Below, piece by piece: positions 30,138-42,764 of a stretch of DNA of 64,000 nucleotides. The position numbers were made by a program, and so were the translations under genes. Source of the stretch: Thermodesulfobacteriota bacterium (GTDB lineage Bacteria > Desulfobacterota > Desulfarculia > JACQYL01). The stretch's first letter is position 1; the number at the start of each line of letters is the position of its first letter. Under the pieces are notes generated by a model. That model searched no databases. It saw only the letters and a list, made by a program, of their open reading frames with translations, and was not told the DNA's origin. The stretch is from contig CAXXLZ010000002.1 of the NCBI GenBank assembly GCA_963675595.2, forward strand, positions 3,232,001-3,296,000, given 5' to 3'.

Positions 30138-31163
30138 ATGAACGAGCAATCCGCAGGACCCGTTTGGATCACGGGCGCCGCCGGCTTCATCGGCTACCAT
30201 CTCTCGGAGAGGCTGCTCCGAGAAGGCTTTGAAGTCATCGGAATCGACAATCTGGACGACTACTACGATGTCAACCTGAAAAAGGCCCGGTTGAGCCGTC
30301 TGACGGACTTGTCCGGGTTCACCTTCGTAAAAGCGGACATTGCCGACAGGGGGCTGATGCCGGACTTGTTCCGCAAACACGCTCCATGGCGCGTGGTCAA
30401 TCTGGCCGCTCAGGCCGGCGTTCGCCACTCCCTGAAGAATCCTTACGTGTACATCGACTCCAACATCCAGGGCTTTCTGAACATTCTGGAAGGTTGCCGA
30501 TGGGCCAACGTGGATCACCTCGTGTTCGCTTCGTCGAGTTCGGTCTACGGGGCCAATACCCGCATGCCGTTCTCCGTGTCGGACAACGTGGACCACCCGG
30601 TGTCCCTTTACGCGGCCACCAAGAAGTCCAATGAACTGATGGCGCATACCTACAGCCATCTCTACGGCGTTCCCTGTTCCGGGCTTCGGTTCTTCACCGT
30701 GTACGGTCCCTGGGGCAGACCCGATATGGCGCTGTTTTTGTTTACCAAAGCCATCCTGGAAGACCGTCCCATCGACGTGTTCAATTTCGGCAAGATGCTC
30801 CGGGATTTCACCTATGTGGACGATATTGTCGAGGGGGTCGTGCGGGTGATGGGTCATCTTCCCGAGCCGGACCCGGAGTGGAGCGGCGACCGACCGGACC
30901 CGTCCCGCAGCAACGCACCGTACCGAATCTACAACATCGGGAACAACGAGCCTGTGGAGCTAATGCGTTTCATTGAGGTCCTCGAGAACGCTTTGGGCAA
31001 AGAGGCCAAAAAGAACCTGCTTCCCATACAGCCGGGAGACGTGCCCGCCACGTACGCGGACATCGTAGATCTTGAGCAGACGGTGGGGTTTCGGCCGGCG
31101 ACTCCCCTGGAAACGGGGATTCAGCGGTTCGTGGACTGGTATCGCAGCTACTACGGGGTTTGA
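30138..31163 (+). CDS. NAD-dependent epimerase (UDP-glucuronate 4-epimerase-like)
   Basis: TGAAGFIG, LAAQAGVR, ASSSSVYG, YAATKK, GLRFFTVYGPWGRPDMA. Confidence 0.92.
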   Translation: MNEQSAGPVWITGAAGFIGYHLSERLLREGFEVIGIDNLDDYYDVNLKKARLSRLTDLSGFTFVKADIADRGLMPDLFRKHAPWRVVNLAAQAGVRHSLKNPYVYIDSNIQGFLNILEGCRWANVDHLVFASSSSVYGANTRMPFSVSDNVDHPVSLYAATKKSNELMAHTYSHLYGVPCSGLRFFTVYGPWGRPDMALFLFTKAILEDRPIDVFNFGKMLRDFTYVDDIVEGVVRVMGHLPEPDPEWSGDRPDPSRSNAPYRIYNIGNNEPVELMRFIEVLENALGKEAKKNLLPIQPGDVPATYADIVDLEQTVGFRPATPLETGIQRFVDWYRSYYGV

Positions 31164-31245
31164 GCCGTCGAAATTCCTTACCTATTCACCTAATTCCATT
31201 TGTGCCGACGAATCGTCGCCGCACGCCGAAGGAAAGGCGGGAATC

Positions 31246-32769
31246 ATGGGAGCTTATGATTTCACCATTTACGACGTGATCCGGAAAAACGCGCAACTTC
31301 GTCCCAACGAAGACGCGGTGGTGTTCAAAGGCCGTCGTTTTACCCATGCCGAGTTCAAGGATCGGTGCGACCGGCTTGCCGCCGGACTGGTGGAATCGGG
31401 CGTCGCGCCGGGAGAACGTGTGGGAGTGGTGGCGCAGAACAGCGACGAGTTCCTGATGATCTATGGAGCCGCCGCCAAAGTGGGGGCCGTAGTCCTTCCC
31501 GTGAACTGGCGTCTGCAGCCCGACGAAATCGCTTATATCCTGAAGGACGGTGCACCCAAAGTTGTGATCGCCGGGTCCGAGTTTCAGCAGGTGACTCGGG
31601 ACGCCCTACAAGGCGTGTCTTCCGTCGAGGCCTGTTTCGTAATGGACGGCGGGGAGACCGCCGAGGGTTTCAACAAGCTGGAGACGGCCTACATCGAGCA
31701 GGGAAAGGACCGGGAATTCGAGGTATCCGCAGAGGACGGTTTTGTGATCATCCATACGGCCGCTGTGGAGGGACGTCCCCGGGGTGCGCTGCTCAGCCAT
31801 CGGGCTTTCGTGGCCGGCAACCTGATGCAGATGGAGATGTTCGGTCTCAAGGCCGACGACGCGCATCTCTGCTTCATTCCTCTTTTTCATATCGCCGGGT
31901 TGGGACTCGCCATGGCCGTCATGCATGCCGGCGGAAAGAACGTGGTCCAGGAGAAGCTGGAAGCGGAAACGACTCTCGAACTGATACAAAGGGAACGCGG
32001 CAGCATCTTTTTCGATTTCGCACCCATACTGAAAACCTTGTTGGACCGCCACGACCAGGGAGGGTACGATCTGTCCCCGTTGAGAACCGTTGTGGGTCTC
32101 GACTCCCCGGAGACCATCCAGCGATTCCAGGCTGCGGCGCCCCACGCCCGTTTCTGGCCTCTCTTCGCTCAAACCGAAGCCCTTTGCGTGACCGCGGGTC
32201 CCTTTGACGAGCGCCCGGGCTCCGCGGGTCGTCCCTATCCCACGGCGCGGGTGGCGTTGTTCGACGATTACGACAACGAGGTTCCCACCGGGTCGCCGGG
32301 AGAAATCTGCGTGCGGTCGGCCAACGTCTTTTCCGGATACTGGGGATTGGAGGAAGAGAGCCGCCACACGTTTCGCAACGGTTGGCATCATACGGGAGAT
32401 GTGGGCCGATTCGACGAGGACGGATATCTCTTCTATGTAAAGCGCAAGGCTCAAAAGGAACTGATCAAACCCGGCGGCGAGAACGTCTATCCTTCCGAGG
32501 TGGAAAAAGTCCTTTTGACCCATGAGTCCATTGCCGAGGCAAGCGTCATCGGGGTACCGGACAAAGACTGGGGTGAGGCCATCAAGGCGGTGTGCGTGCT
32601 CGAGCCCGGAGCGAAACTCGACGCCGCCGAGGTGGCGGAGTACGTGGCTGCTCGAATCGCCAGGTACAAGAAGCCCAAGCATGTGGTGTTTGTGGACCGC
32701 CTTCCCAAGACAGCGGATGGGGAAGTGGACCGGGAACAGGTGAAGAAGGATCACGGCGGGCTCTATTAA
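31246..32769 (+). CDS. Long-chain acyl-CoA synthetase / AMP-binding enzyme
   Basis: IHTAAVEGRPRG, PLFHIAG, GWHHTGDVG, IKPGGENVYPSEVE, RYKKPK. Confidence 0.9.
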   Translation: MGAYDFTIYDVIRKNAQLRPNEDAVVFKGRRFTHAEFKDRCDRLAAGLVESGVAPGERVGVVAQNSDEFLMIYGAAAKVGAVVLPVNWRLQPDEIAYILKDGAPKVVIAGSEFQQVTRDALQGVSSVEACFVMDGGETAEGFNKLETAYIEQGKDREFEVSAEDGFVIIHTAAVEGRPRGALLSHRAFVAGNLMQMEMFGLKADDAHLCFIPLFHIAGLGLAMAVMHAGGKNVVQEKLEAETTLELIQRERGSIFFDFAPILKTLLDRHDQGGYDLSPLRTVVGLDSPETIQRFQAAAPHARFWPLFAQTEALCVTAGPFDERPGSAGRPYPTARVALFDDYDNEVPTGSPGEICVRSANVFSGYWGLEEESRHTFRNGWHHTGDVGRFDEDGYLFYVKRKAQKELIKPGGENVYPSEVEKVLLTHESIAEASVIGVPDKDWGEAIKAVCVLEPGAKLDAAEVAEYVAARIARYKKPKHVVFVDRLPKTADGEVDREQVKKDHGGLY

Positions 32770-33163
32770 TCTTCACCGGTGGTTCGGTTGAAGTGGGATT
32801 CTATGACGCTCGTCCGAGTACGTGGGGTGAGGTGAGCGGGACACCCCGCTGGGAGCCTTTTCGATAAACAGGCGTAAGAACGATGTGGTTTCCTTCCATT
32901 GCGGAATCACCGATCAGAGCGTGATGTCGGCCCGTTGCATGGACCGATCTCCTTTTCGTACCGGTTGACTCTTCCTTGAGATTGAGGGAGCCTTTACTTG
33001 GTTCGGGCTTCCGAAACCCTCCGACCGCTTTCCAGCCCGAAGATGCCGTGAGTGAGCCCGCACCCCGCATGGGCTCCGACAGGCGGCCCAAAAGCATGAT
33101 TCCTCTCCAACGAATCGCTCCGGTTTTTCCATGCCCGAGCCGTTCACCGGATCGACGACAAAC

Positions 33164-34597
33164 ATGAAAGCTTTGGAAATTCTTCGCCTCCGTTGGGGCG
33201 AAACCAATGGTTATCGGGACGTCCTTTCCATCAGTCTGCCTCTGGTGGCCAGCATGGCGTCCAGTACGGTCATGCATTTCACGGATCGGGTCTTCCTGTC
33301 CCACTATTCGGTGGAGGCCATTGCCGCGGCCATGCCGGCGGGCATTGCGTCTTTCACCCTTTGTTCCTTCTTCTTGGGGGTGGCCGGATATTCCAACACG
33401 TTCATCGCCCAGTACACAGGCTCGGGGGAGAATCAGCGCGTAGGCGATTCCCTGTGGCAGGCTCTATACTTTTCCCTGTTTGCGGGTGTCTTTCTGGCCC
33501 TCACGGCATTGCCGGCAGAGACGTTGTTTCGTGTCATGGGGCATGAGGACGCCGTCCGGGATTTGGAGACGATCTATTTCCGGATTCTGATGCTGGGGGG
33601 CTGTTTCAACGTCATGGGATGGAGCCTGGCCTGTTTCTATTCCGGTCGCGGCCTCACTCGGGTGGTGATGGTGGTAAACGTTCTGGGAGCGGCCTTCAAC
33701 ATCCCTTTGGACTACGTTTTGATCAATGGGACGTGGTTTTTCCCCGAATGGGGCATCGCCGGGGCCGCCGTCGCAACCGTCTGTTCCTTTGCGTTCATGT
33801 GCGGTTTGTATGCTTTGTTGATTTTCACCAAGGAAAACGACCGGGTTTTCGGGGTGATCTCGCGGCGCGCCTTAGACCGGGAATTGTTCGCGAGGATGAT
33901 GAAGTACGGCGTTCCCAAAGGGGTGCAGTTTTTCATGGACATCTTCGCCTTCACTTTTTTTGTTTCCATGGTGGGGCGCATCGGCACCATCGAACTCGCC
34001 GCCACCAACATCGTGTTCACGATCAACATGCTGGGATTTCTGCCCATGATCGGCTTTTCCATTGGAACGAGCGCTCTCGTGGGTCAGGCCATAGGACGGG
34101 GAAAGCCGGAGGGGGCTGCACGGGCGGTATCGAATTCGTTGCAGCTCACCATGGCCTACATCTTGATGGTGGCTCTTTGTCTTGTCCTTCTCCCGGAATG
34201 GTTGGTGGGAATTTTCACGTCCGGCGGCGGGGCGGGGGCCGAGGCGGCCCGGATTCGGGACCTGGGCGTGGTGCTGCTTCGGTTCGTGGCCCTGTATTGC
34301 CTGTTCGATACGGTGAATCTGATCTATTCCGCGGCTCTCGAAGGAGCGGGAGATACCCGGTTCGTCATGGCCGTGGTGGGGTCGCTGTCCCTGGGCCTTA
34401 TGGTGATACCCACCTATGTGGGGATTCGATTCTTGGGTTTGGGGCTGTTCGAAGTGTGGGCCTTGATCGTTTTGTACCTTTTCACCATGGCGGCCGTCTT
34501 CCTTTTCCGCTATCGAGGCGGAAAATGGAAAGGCATGAGTGTGATCGAAACCCATGAAGGAAGTGTCGATCACGGCAGAGAAGCGGCCCGAGCATGA
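33164..34597 (+). CDS. MATE family efflux transporter
   Basis: About 12 hydrophobic segments; NIPLDYVLI, WGIAGAAVAT, LVGQAIG, GAGDTR. Confidence 0.9.
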   Translation: MKALEILRLRWGETNGYRDVLSISLPLVASMASSTVMHFTDRVFLSHYSVEAIAAAMPAGIASFTLCSFFLGVAGYSNTFIAQYTGSGENQRVGDSLWQALYFSLFAGVFLALTALPAETLFRVMGHEDAVRDLETIYFRILMLGGCFNVMGWSLACFYSGRGLTRVVMVVNVLGAAFNIPLDYVLINGTWFFPEWGIAGAAVATVCSFAFMCGLYALLIFTKENDRVFGVISRRALDRELFARMMKYGVPKGVQFFMDIFAFTFFVSMVGRIGTIELAATNIVFTINMLGFLPMIGFSIGTSALVGQAIGRGKPEGAARAVSNSLQLTMAYILMVALCLVLLPEWLVGIFTSGGGAGAEAARIRDLGVVLLRFVALYCLFDTVNLIYSAALEGAGDTRFVMAVVGSLSLGLMVIPTYVGIRFLGLGLFEVWALIVLYLFTMAAVFLFRYRGGKWKGMSVIETHEGSVDHGREAARA

Positions 34598-34764
34598 ATC
34601 ACATGACTCGATCAAGGCCGGTTTTCGTTCACCGGGCCGAACGGAGTCAGGAGCCCGGGAATGACTTGTGTGCTTGCCGGGGTGGACGGCTACAATCCTT
34701 TTGACATGGATGGGGAATGCTTATATGCTCATCCGTTCATCATTCTTATTTGAGGAGTGGACCC

Positions 34765-35937
34765 ATGGAAGAATTCAGGCGGATGAAACGGCTGCCGCCG
34801 TATGTGTTTGCCACGGTTAACGAGCTGAAAATGCAGCTCCGATGGGCCGGGGAGGACGTGATCGACCTCGGAATGGGTAACCCTGATCTCGCCACTCCGG
34901 ACCACATCGTGCAGAAGCTTGTCGAGGCGGCACAGAAACCTCACAATCACCGGTATTCCGCTTCCAAGGGCATCGCCCGTCTGCGCAAGGCCATTTGTGA
35001 CTGGTACAAACGCCGCTACGACGTGGATCTGGACCCGGACACGGAAGCCATCGTGACCCTGGGGGCCAAAGAAGGGCTTTCGCACCTGGTCTTGGCCATC
35101 GTCACGCCGGGAGACGTGGTGTTTTCCCCCAATCCCACGTATCCGATTCACCCCTACTCGGTGATTATCGCCGGGGGGGACCTTCGGAGCATCCCTATCG
35201 GGGACGGTCGGGACTTTTTCGAAGACCTGCTTACCGCGACCAAGCAGACGTGGCCGGCTCCCAAGATGCTCATCATCTCTTTTCCGCACAACCCCACCAC
35301 GGAAGTGGTGGATATCGAGTTCTTCGAGAAGATCGTCGCTTTCGCCAAAGAACACGATATCATGGTGATTCACGACTTCGCCTATGCGGACCTGGTTTTC
35401 GGGGACTACAAAGCCCCGAGTTTCCTCCAGGTACCGGGTGCCAAGGACCTGGGCGTTGAATTATTCTCCCTGTCCAAAAGCTACAGCATGCCCGGCTGGC
35501 GGGTGGGTTTCGCCGTGGGCAACAAGCGGATGATCCAAGCGCTGACGCGGTTGAAGAGCTATCTCGACTACGGGGCGTTCCAGCCCATCCAGATCGCCTC
35601 CATCATCGCCTTGGACGGCCCGGACGACTGCGTTAAGGATATGGTGGAGACGTATCGGGACCGTATGGAAACTTTGGTCAACGGGCTCAATCGGGTGGGG
35701 TGGGAAGTACAGATGCCCAAAGCCACCATGTTTCTCTGGGCCAAGATTCCGGAACGGTTCGCGAATATGGGTTCCGTCGAGTTTTCCAAAATGCTGATGA
35801 GGGAGGCCAAGGTGGCCGTTTCCCCCGGCCTGGGTTTTGGAGAATACGGCGACGACCATGTGCGTTTCGCGTTGGTGGAAAACAACCATCGGATCAATCA
35901 AGCCATCCGGGGGTTGAGAAAAGTCTTTCAGAAGTGA
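34765..35937 (+). CDS. alaC: Class I/II PLP aminotransferase (AlaC-like)
   Basis: [42 protein letters not shown]. Confidence 0.85.
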   Translation: MEEFRRMKRLPPYVFATVNELKMQLRWAGEDVIDLGMGNPDLATPDHIVQKLVEAAQKPHNHRYSASKGIARLRKAICDWYKRRYDVDLDPDTEAIVTLGAKEGLSHLVLAIVTPGDVVFSPNPTYPIHPYSVIIAGGDLRSIPIGDGRDFFEDLLTATKQTWPAPKMLIISFPHNPTTEVVDIEFFEKIVAFAKEHDIMVIHDFAYADLVFGDYKAPSFLQVPGAKDLGVELFSLSKSYSMPGWRVGFAVGNKRMIQALTRLKSYLDYGAFQPIQIASIIALDGPDDCVKDMVETYRDRMETLVNGLNRVGWEVQMPKATMFLWAKIPERFANMGSVEFSKMLMREAKVAVSPGLGFGEYGDDHVRFALVENNHRINQAIRGLRKVFQK

Positions 35938-37271
35938 GGCCTCAAGTGCGCGATATCCAGGTGGGGCTCATCGGGTTGGGTACGGTGGGCTCGGGCGTGG
36001 CCCGGATTCTCCTTGATCGCGGAGAACTGATTCGGAAAAAGATCGGCGTCCGTTTGAACCTCAAGCGGGCGGTGGATCTGGACCTCTCTCGCGGCGGGGA
36101 TTTGAACCTGCCCGACGGGGTTTTGTCCAACGACGCCCACGCGATTCTGGACGATCCGGAAATCGACGTGGTGGTGGAGCTTATCGGGGGTCAGGAACCG
36201 GCCGGCGGTTTTATTCTCAAGGCCTTGGAATCCGGAAAAGACGTGGTGACCGCCAACAAGGCTCTTCTGGCCGAACGGGGCGGGCCGCTGTTCGAGGCTG
36301 CGGCCCGAACGGGGAAGAATCTTCTGTTCGAAGCCGCCGTGGCCGGCGGCATCCCCATCATTCGAACGCTGAAAGAAGGGTTGGCGGCCAACCGAATCGA
36401 GCGAATCCAGGGCATTCTCAACGGCACCTGCAACTATATCCTGACCAAAATGACCTCCGAAGGGACCGGTTTCGAGGAAGTGTTGAAGGAGGCCCAGGCG
36501 TTGGGTTACGCGGAGGCCGATCCGACTTTCGATGTCGACGGGCACGATTCGGCCCACAAGGTGGCCATTCTGGCCGCTCTGTCCTTCGGTGTGCAGGTGG
36601 ATTTCGGCAAGGTTTATGTGGAAGGTATCCGCCGGATCACGCCGTTGGACATTCAATTCGCACGGGAGTTCGGATACCGGATCAAGCTGTTGGGCCTGTG
36701 CACCAGCCATAACGGAGAGATCGAGGCACGGGTGCACCCCGCCATGATTCCCGAGGGGCACATGCTGGCCAACGTGGGCCGGAACAACAATGCCCTGCTC
36801 ATCACCGGGGATGCCGTGGGCGACGTGCTCCTTTACGGGGCCGGCGCCGGATCCTTGCCCACGGCCGGCGCCGTGGTGGGAGACTTGATCGAGCTGGCCA
36901 GGGATATTCTTCGGGGGGCCGGCGGACGGGTTCCGTGCATGGGATTTCTCGATGAGAATATCGTGCCGGCGCGAATCAAACCCATGGAAGAGATTTTGAG
37001 CCGATATTACTTTCGAATCTTCGCCTTGGATCGTCCCGGGGTTCTGTCGGAGGTGTCGGGAATTCTGGCCCGGTACGGTATCAGCATCGCCTCCGTAATC
37101 CAGAAGGAGCGCAGGAACAAGGGGTGGGTGCCGGTGGTCATGATGACCCATCTGGCCCTTGAACGTGACGTGAAAGCCGCCCTGTCCGAGATCGATCGAT
37201 TGGAGCAGATCGGGGAGGCCACCATGATGATTCGTGTGGAGGACGAGAACGAACGGGAGTCGGACGCATGA
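35934..37271 (+). CDS. hom: Homoserine dehydrogenase with ACT domain
   Basis: [51 protein letters not shown]. Confidence 0.94.
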   Translation: MRPQVRDIQVGLIGLGTVGSGVARILLDRGELIRKKIGVRLNLKRAVDLDLSRGGDLNLPDGVLSNDAHAILDDPEIDVVVELIGGQEPAGGFILKALESGKDVVTANKALLAERGGPLFEAAARTGKNLLFEAAVAGGIPIIRTLKEGLAANRIERIQGILNGTCNYILTKMTSEGTGFEEVLKEAQALGYAEADPTFDVDGHDSAHKVAILAALSFGVQVDFGKVYVEGIRRITPLDIQFAREFGYRIKLLGLCTSHNGEIEARVHPAMIPEGHMLANVGRNNNALLITGDAVGDVLLYGAGAGSLPTAGAVVGDLIELARDILRGAGGRVPCMGFLDENIVPARIKPMEEILSRYYFRIFALDRPGVLSEVSGILARYGISIASVIQKERRNKGWVPVVMMTHLALERDVKAALSEIDRLEQIGEATMMIRVEDENERESDA

Positions 37272-38461
37272 CCGGTCGAAAATACATCATACTTGTCGGA
37301 GACGGCATGGGGGATTATCCCCTGGAAGAGCTGTCCGGCCGTACTCCTTTGCAGGCCGCTCGGACTCCGAACATGGACGCCGTGGCGCGAAGAGGCCGTT
37401 TGGGCCTGGTGCAAACCATTCCCGAAGGGTTGGAGCCCGGCAGCGACATCGCCAATCTGAATCTCATGGGCTACGATCCCAAACGTTACCACACGGGCCG
37501 GGCGCCCTTGGAAGCCGCATCCATGGGGGTGGATCTGGGCCGGGACAAGACGGCCTTCCGGTGCAATCTGGTGACCTTAGGCTTTCGGGACGACGGCATC
37601 TACATGGAGGATTACAGCGCGGGTCACATTGCTTCGGACAAGGCGCGTTTGGTCGTGGACGCACTGAACGAGGAGTTGGCCGACGATGTGATTTCCTTCC
37701 ATCCCGGAGTGAGCTATCGACACCTGATGGTCTGGGACAACGGACCTGAAAAGGCTCCAAGTTTTCCTCCCCATGATCTCACCGGACGGGAAGTGGGATA
37801 CCTGCTCAACGATTTCGACCTTCCCGGGCTGAACAAGATTATTCGCGACTCCTGGAATACCCTGGAACGCCTTAAAGAGACTCGCGGGGATATTTCGGCC
37901 AATTCCGTTTGGCTTTGGGGATCGGGCAAGGCCCCCGCCATGCCTTCCTTCAAGGAGCGGTACGGCGTGACCGGAGGCGTGATTTCCGCCGTGGACCTGC
38001 TCAAAGGCATTGGAGTCTATGCGGGCCTGGAAGTCATCAACGTGCCCGGCGCCACCGGCTATCTGGATACGAACTACGAGGGCAAGGCACGCTGCGCCCT
38101 GGATCGACTCAAAGAGCTGGATTTCGTGTATGTGCACGTGGAAGCGCCGGACGAAGCCTCTCACGGGGGATCGCTGGAAAACAAGATCCGGGCTATTGAG
38201 GATTTCGACGAGAGAGTGGTGGGACCGGTGCTGGCGGGAATGGAGACTTTCGGCAAATTCCGGCTCCTGGTGGTGACGGACCACAACACGCCCATTTCAG
38301 TCAAGACGCACACCTCCGAGCCGGTACCTTTCGCCATGCTGGACGAAGCCGACCCGCCCGAGGGAGCTCCGGGGCGGGGGTACAACGAAATCGACGCGGC
38401 CCTCATGGACGATTTCGTGGAAGAGGCGCACCTTTTGGTGGAACTGCTGGTGAGGCCCTAA
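37268..38461 (+). CDS. apgM: Cofactor-independent phosphoglycerate mutase (ApgM/AP superfamily)
   Basis: VGDGMGD, TPNMD, PGSDIAN, GRAPLEA, HVEAPDEASH, TDHNTP. Confidence 0.88.
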   Translation: MTGRKYIILVGDGMGDYPLEELSGRTPLQAARTPNMDAVARRGRLGLVQTIPEGLEPGSDIANLNLMGYDPKRYHTGRAPLEAASMGVDLGRDKTAFRCNLVTLGFRDDGIYMEDYSAGHIASDKARLVVDALNEELADDVISFHPGVSYRHLMVWDNGPEKAPSFPPHDLTGREVGYLLNDFDLPGLNKIIRDSWNTLERLKETRGDISANSVWLWGSGKAPAMPSFKERYGVTGGVISAVDLLKGIGVYAGLEVINVPGATGYLDTNYEGKARCALDRLKELDFVYVHVEAPDEASHGGSLENKIRAIEDFDERVVGPVLAGMETFGKFRLLVVTDHNTPISVKTHTSEPVPFAMLDEADPPEGAPGRGYNEIDAALMDDFVEEAHLLVELLVRP

Positions 38462-38488
38462 CCGGCCGTTTTTTAAAACGGGTTCTCC

Positions 38489-38920
38489 ATGACCGAAGCG
38501 CACCGCACACAAATTCGGGTTCTGTACGGCGACGTGGATTCCATGAAGGTCGCGTATTACGGCAACTACATGCGCTGGTTCGAGTTGGGTCGGGCCGAGT
38601 ACATGAGGAACCGCGGTTTTCCATACTCCGAAGCGGAGAAGCGAGGCGTGTTTCTGCCCGTGATCGAAGCGTTCTGCAAGTATCGGAAATCGGTGCGATA
38701 CGACGATCTGATCTGGATCGAAGCCCGGCCCGAGGATGTGAGAAGGGTGAAGGTCCGATTCGCCTACCGCATTCTGAACGAAGCGGAAGAATGCATGGCC
38801 GAGGGATACACGGTGCACGCGGCGGTGGATGAAACCGGGCGGGTGGTTCGGCTCCCGGATTTCCTGCTGGAGGCTCTTTCCGATGACGCATCGGAGGGAG
38901 TGACGACCGCTGATGCGTGA
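38489..38920 (+). CDS. Acyl-CoA thioesterase (YbgC/4HBT family)
   Basis: IRVLYGDVDSMKVAYYGNYMRWFELGR. Confidence 0.88.
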   Translation: MTEAHRTQIRVLYGDVDSMKVAYYGNYMRWFELGRAEYMRNRGFPYSEAEKRGVFLPVIEAFCKYRKSVRYDDLIWIEARPEDVRRVKVRFAYRILNEAEECMAEGYTVHAAVDETGRVVRLPDFLLEALSDDASEGVTTADA

Positions 38921-38973
38921 TTGTGCGCCCAAGGATGGTTAATATAAGGGATAAGAGATTCCTGGAAAACTTC

Positions 38974-39003
38974 TTGACAAAAAAGAGGCGTCTCGGCTAT
39001 AAA
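38974..39003 (+). promoter_or_regulatory. Sigma-70 promoter of tRNA-fMet
   Basis: TTGACA-18 nt-TATAAA ending 13 nt before the tRNA. Confidence 0.65.
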
Positions 39004-39016
39004 GAGAAATTCCTGA

Positions 39017-39093
<77 letters not shown>

Positions 39094-39104
39094 AAAAGCA
39101 AGAC

Positions 39105-39142
39105 AAGGGGTTAGTCGAAAGTCGACTAACCCCTTTTTGTTT
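39105..39142 (+). terminator. Intrinsic terminator after tRNA-fMet (IIC intron target)
   Basis: AAGGGGTTAGTCG-AAAGT-CGACTAACCCCTT followed by a T tract. Confidence 0.88.
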
Positions 39143-39143
39143 G

Positions 39144-41024
<1,881 letters not shown>

Positions 41025-41059
41025 TCCTGATTCCGTTCCGGTTCTGTCCCCGATTTTCA

Positions 41060-41195
41060 CGAAAACCAAGTGGTTCAACAACCATCTCTCCAGAGCCGCC
41101 GAAAGGCTCGATCAGGCTATTCTCGATGTCATCAGTCATCCCGATCAGGTCAAACAAACCGCCGCAATCGGAACGTTATTTTGAAAACCACTCTA
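41060..41195 (+). pseudogene. 3' remnant of an IS630 element (transposase C-terminus and right IR)
   Basis: KWFNNH...RLDQAILDVI.HP..VKQTAAIGTLF* and GGAACGTTATTTTGAAAACCACTCTA, nearly identical to the end of the adjacent IS630. Confidence 0.85.
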
Positions 41196-41218
41196 GAATG
41201 CAAGTGCAAAAGATATTA

Positions 41219-42345
41219 GAGCGTTTGTCAGAACTACGTTCCTTATTAGGCGGACGTTGTGCATAAGTGAATCTAGACTTTTGTGATAATGTGTGCCACT
41301 AGATTATGGCATGGCGCGACGACTGCTGGAACCCGATGCGGAGAACGGGACTCGCTCTGAACTCAAGGAGGCGGGACGCGTGGGCTCCAATGAGACGGCC
41401 TTGAGGTGCACGGCCATCCAGATGCTTCTATCGGGCATATCCCGCGACCAGGTAGTCGAAGCCTTGTTGGTGACGGAGCGAGCCCTCCCAAAATGGGTAA
41501 AACTTTTCAATGAATGCGGCGTAGACGGGCTCATCGTCAAGAAACGCCCCGGACGGACCGCCATTCTTAGGGGGCAACAGGCCGAGGAGTTGGTTGAGCT
41601 TCTCGAAAAGCCGGAAAAAGCCGAGCGCACGTTTTGGACCGCCAAAGCGTTTCACGGGCATATCAGCGACAGCCACCAGATCCAATGCAGTTATGAGACC
41701 GTCGTTCGGTTCTTCCATAAAAGCGGATTCGCCCTGAAAACGCCTCAACCTTGGCCGGACCGTCAGGATGATGCGCAACGGGAAGCTTTTCGAAAACAAG
41801 TATCCGAACTCCTTGAGAATCCGGACGTGGACATCTGGTTTGCCGATGAATCCGGATTTGAAGGAGACCCCAGACCCAGACGCCGCTGGGATCGAAAAGG
41901 CAACAAAACCCGCATCACCAAAAACGGAGACCACCTCCGAATGAACGTGATGGGCATGGTCTGCCCTCGATCCGGCGAATTCTTCGCCATCGAGACCTCC
42001 CATTCCGATTCGGAGACGTTCCAGGCTTTCCTGGATGAGGCCGAGCGGTTTGTCCCCTTACAGCGCCGCCGTAACGTCATGGTCCTGGACAATGCATCCT
42101 GGCATCGAAAACAGTCGATCAAATGGCATGGATGGGAGCCCCTATTCCTGCCTCCTTACTCACCGGACCTCAATACCATCGAACGAATATGGCTCGCCAT
42201 GAAAGCCAAGTGGTTCAACAACCATGTTTCCAAGACCGTCGAAAAGCTCCTCGAAAGGCTGGATCAAGCCATTCTCGATGTCATAAACCACCCTCACCGA
42301 GTCAAGCAGACCGCCGCAATCGGAACGTTATTTTGAAAACCACTC
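41219..42345 (+). mobile_element. IS630-family insertion sequence
   Basis: TA on both sides (41217-41218, 42346-42347); imperfect IRs GAGCGTTTGTCAGAACTACGTTCC / GGAACGTTATTTTGAAAACCACTC. Confidence 0.9.
41293..42336 (+). CDS. IS630 transposase
   Basis: HTH, WFADESGF, VLDNASWH, LPPYSPDLNTIERIW. Confidence 0.93.
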   Translation: MPLDYGMARRLLEPDAENGTRSELKEAGRVGSNETALRCTAIQMLLSGISRDQVVEALLVTERALPKWVKLFNECGVDGLIVKKRPGRTAILRGQQAEELVELLEKPEKAERTFWTAKAFHGHISDSHQIQCSYETVVRFFHKSGFALKTPQPWPDRQDDAQREAFRKQVSELLENPDVDIWFADESGFEGDPRPRRRWDRKGNKTRITKNGDHLRMNVMGMVCPRSGEFFAIETSHSDSETFQAFLDEAERFVPLQRRRNVMVLDNASWHRKQSIKWHGWEPLFLPPYSPDLNTIERIWLAMKAKWFNNHVSKTVEKLLERLDQAILDVINHPHRVKQTAAIGTLF

Positions 42346-42348
42346 TAG

Positions 42349-42600
42349 GGATGGTTTCCCTCCAAGCTGGGGGGCGAGGCGCTTCTGAAAACGGCATCAA
42401 ACAAGACGAGAACACCCTGCGCAGGGACCAAGCGAGCGGTCATCGGTTTGCATCCAATGAAGCCCGACTGAAAATGGGTTTTCTTGCGCACAACCTGATT
42501 CGTCTGATATCCTGTTTCTAGTTGTGGGGCGAAAACCGGTACCGGTCCATCGCGCAGTTCAGCCTTAGTATCCGCCTCGTGTGCACCAAAGAGCCCTATC
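42349..42600 (+). pseudogene. Decayed IS1380-like transposase fragment
   Basis: GRGASENGIKQ..N.L..D..S.HRFASNEARLKMGFLAHNL, with stops downstream. Confidence 0.6.
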
Positions 42601-42764
42601 CGAAGATGTACAAGAACGACTAACCGCTCAGATATGGAGCGGCAGGAACCCATGTAACCCATAGAGGCGATGAAAAGCGAGCGCCGTCCATCCGAGGGCT
42701 CGATCGCCCTAAATTTGCCGCGCCCGGAGCGCCGGCAACCCAGAAGCACGGAAGGGCCCGGATT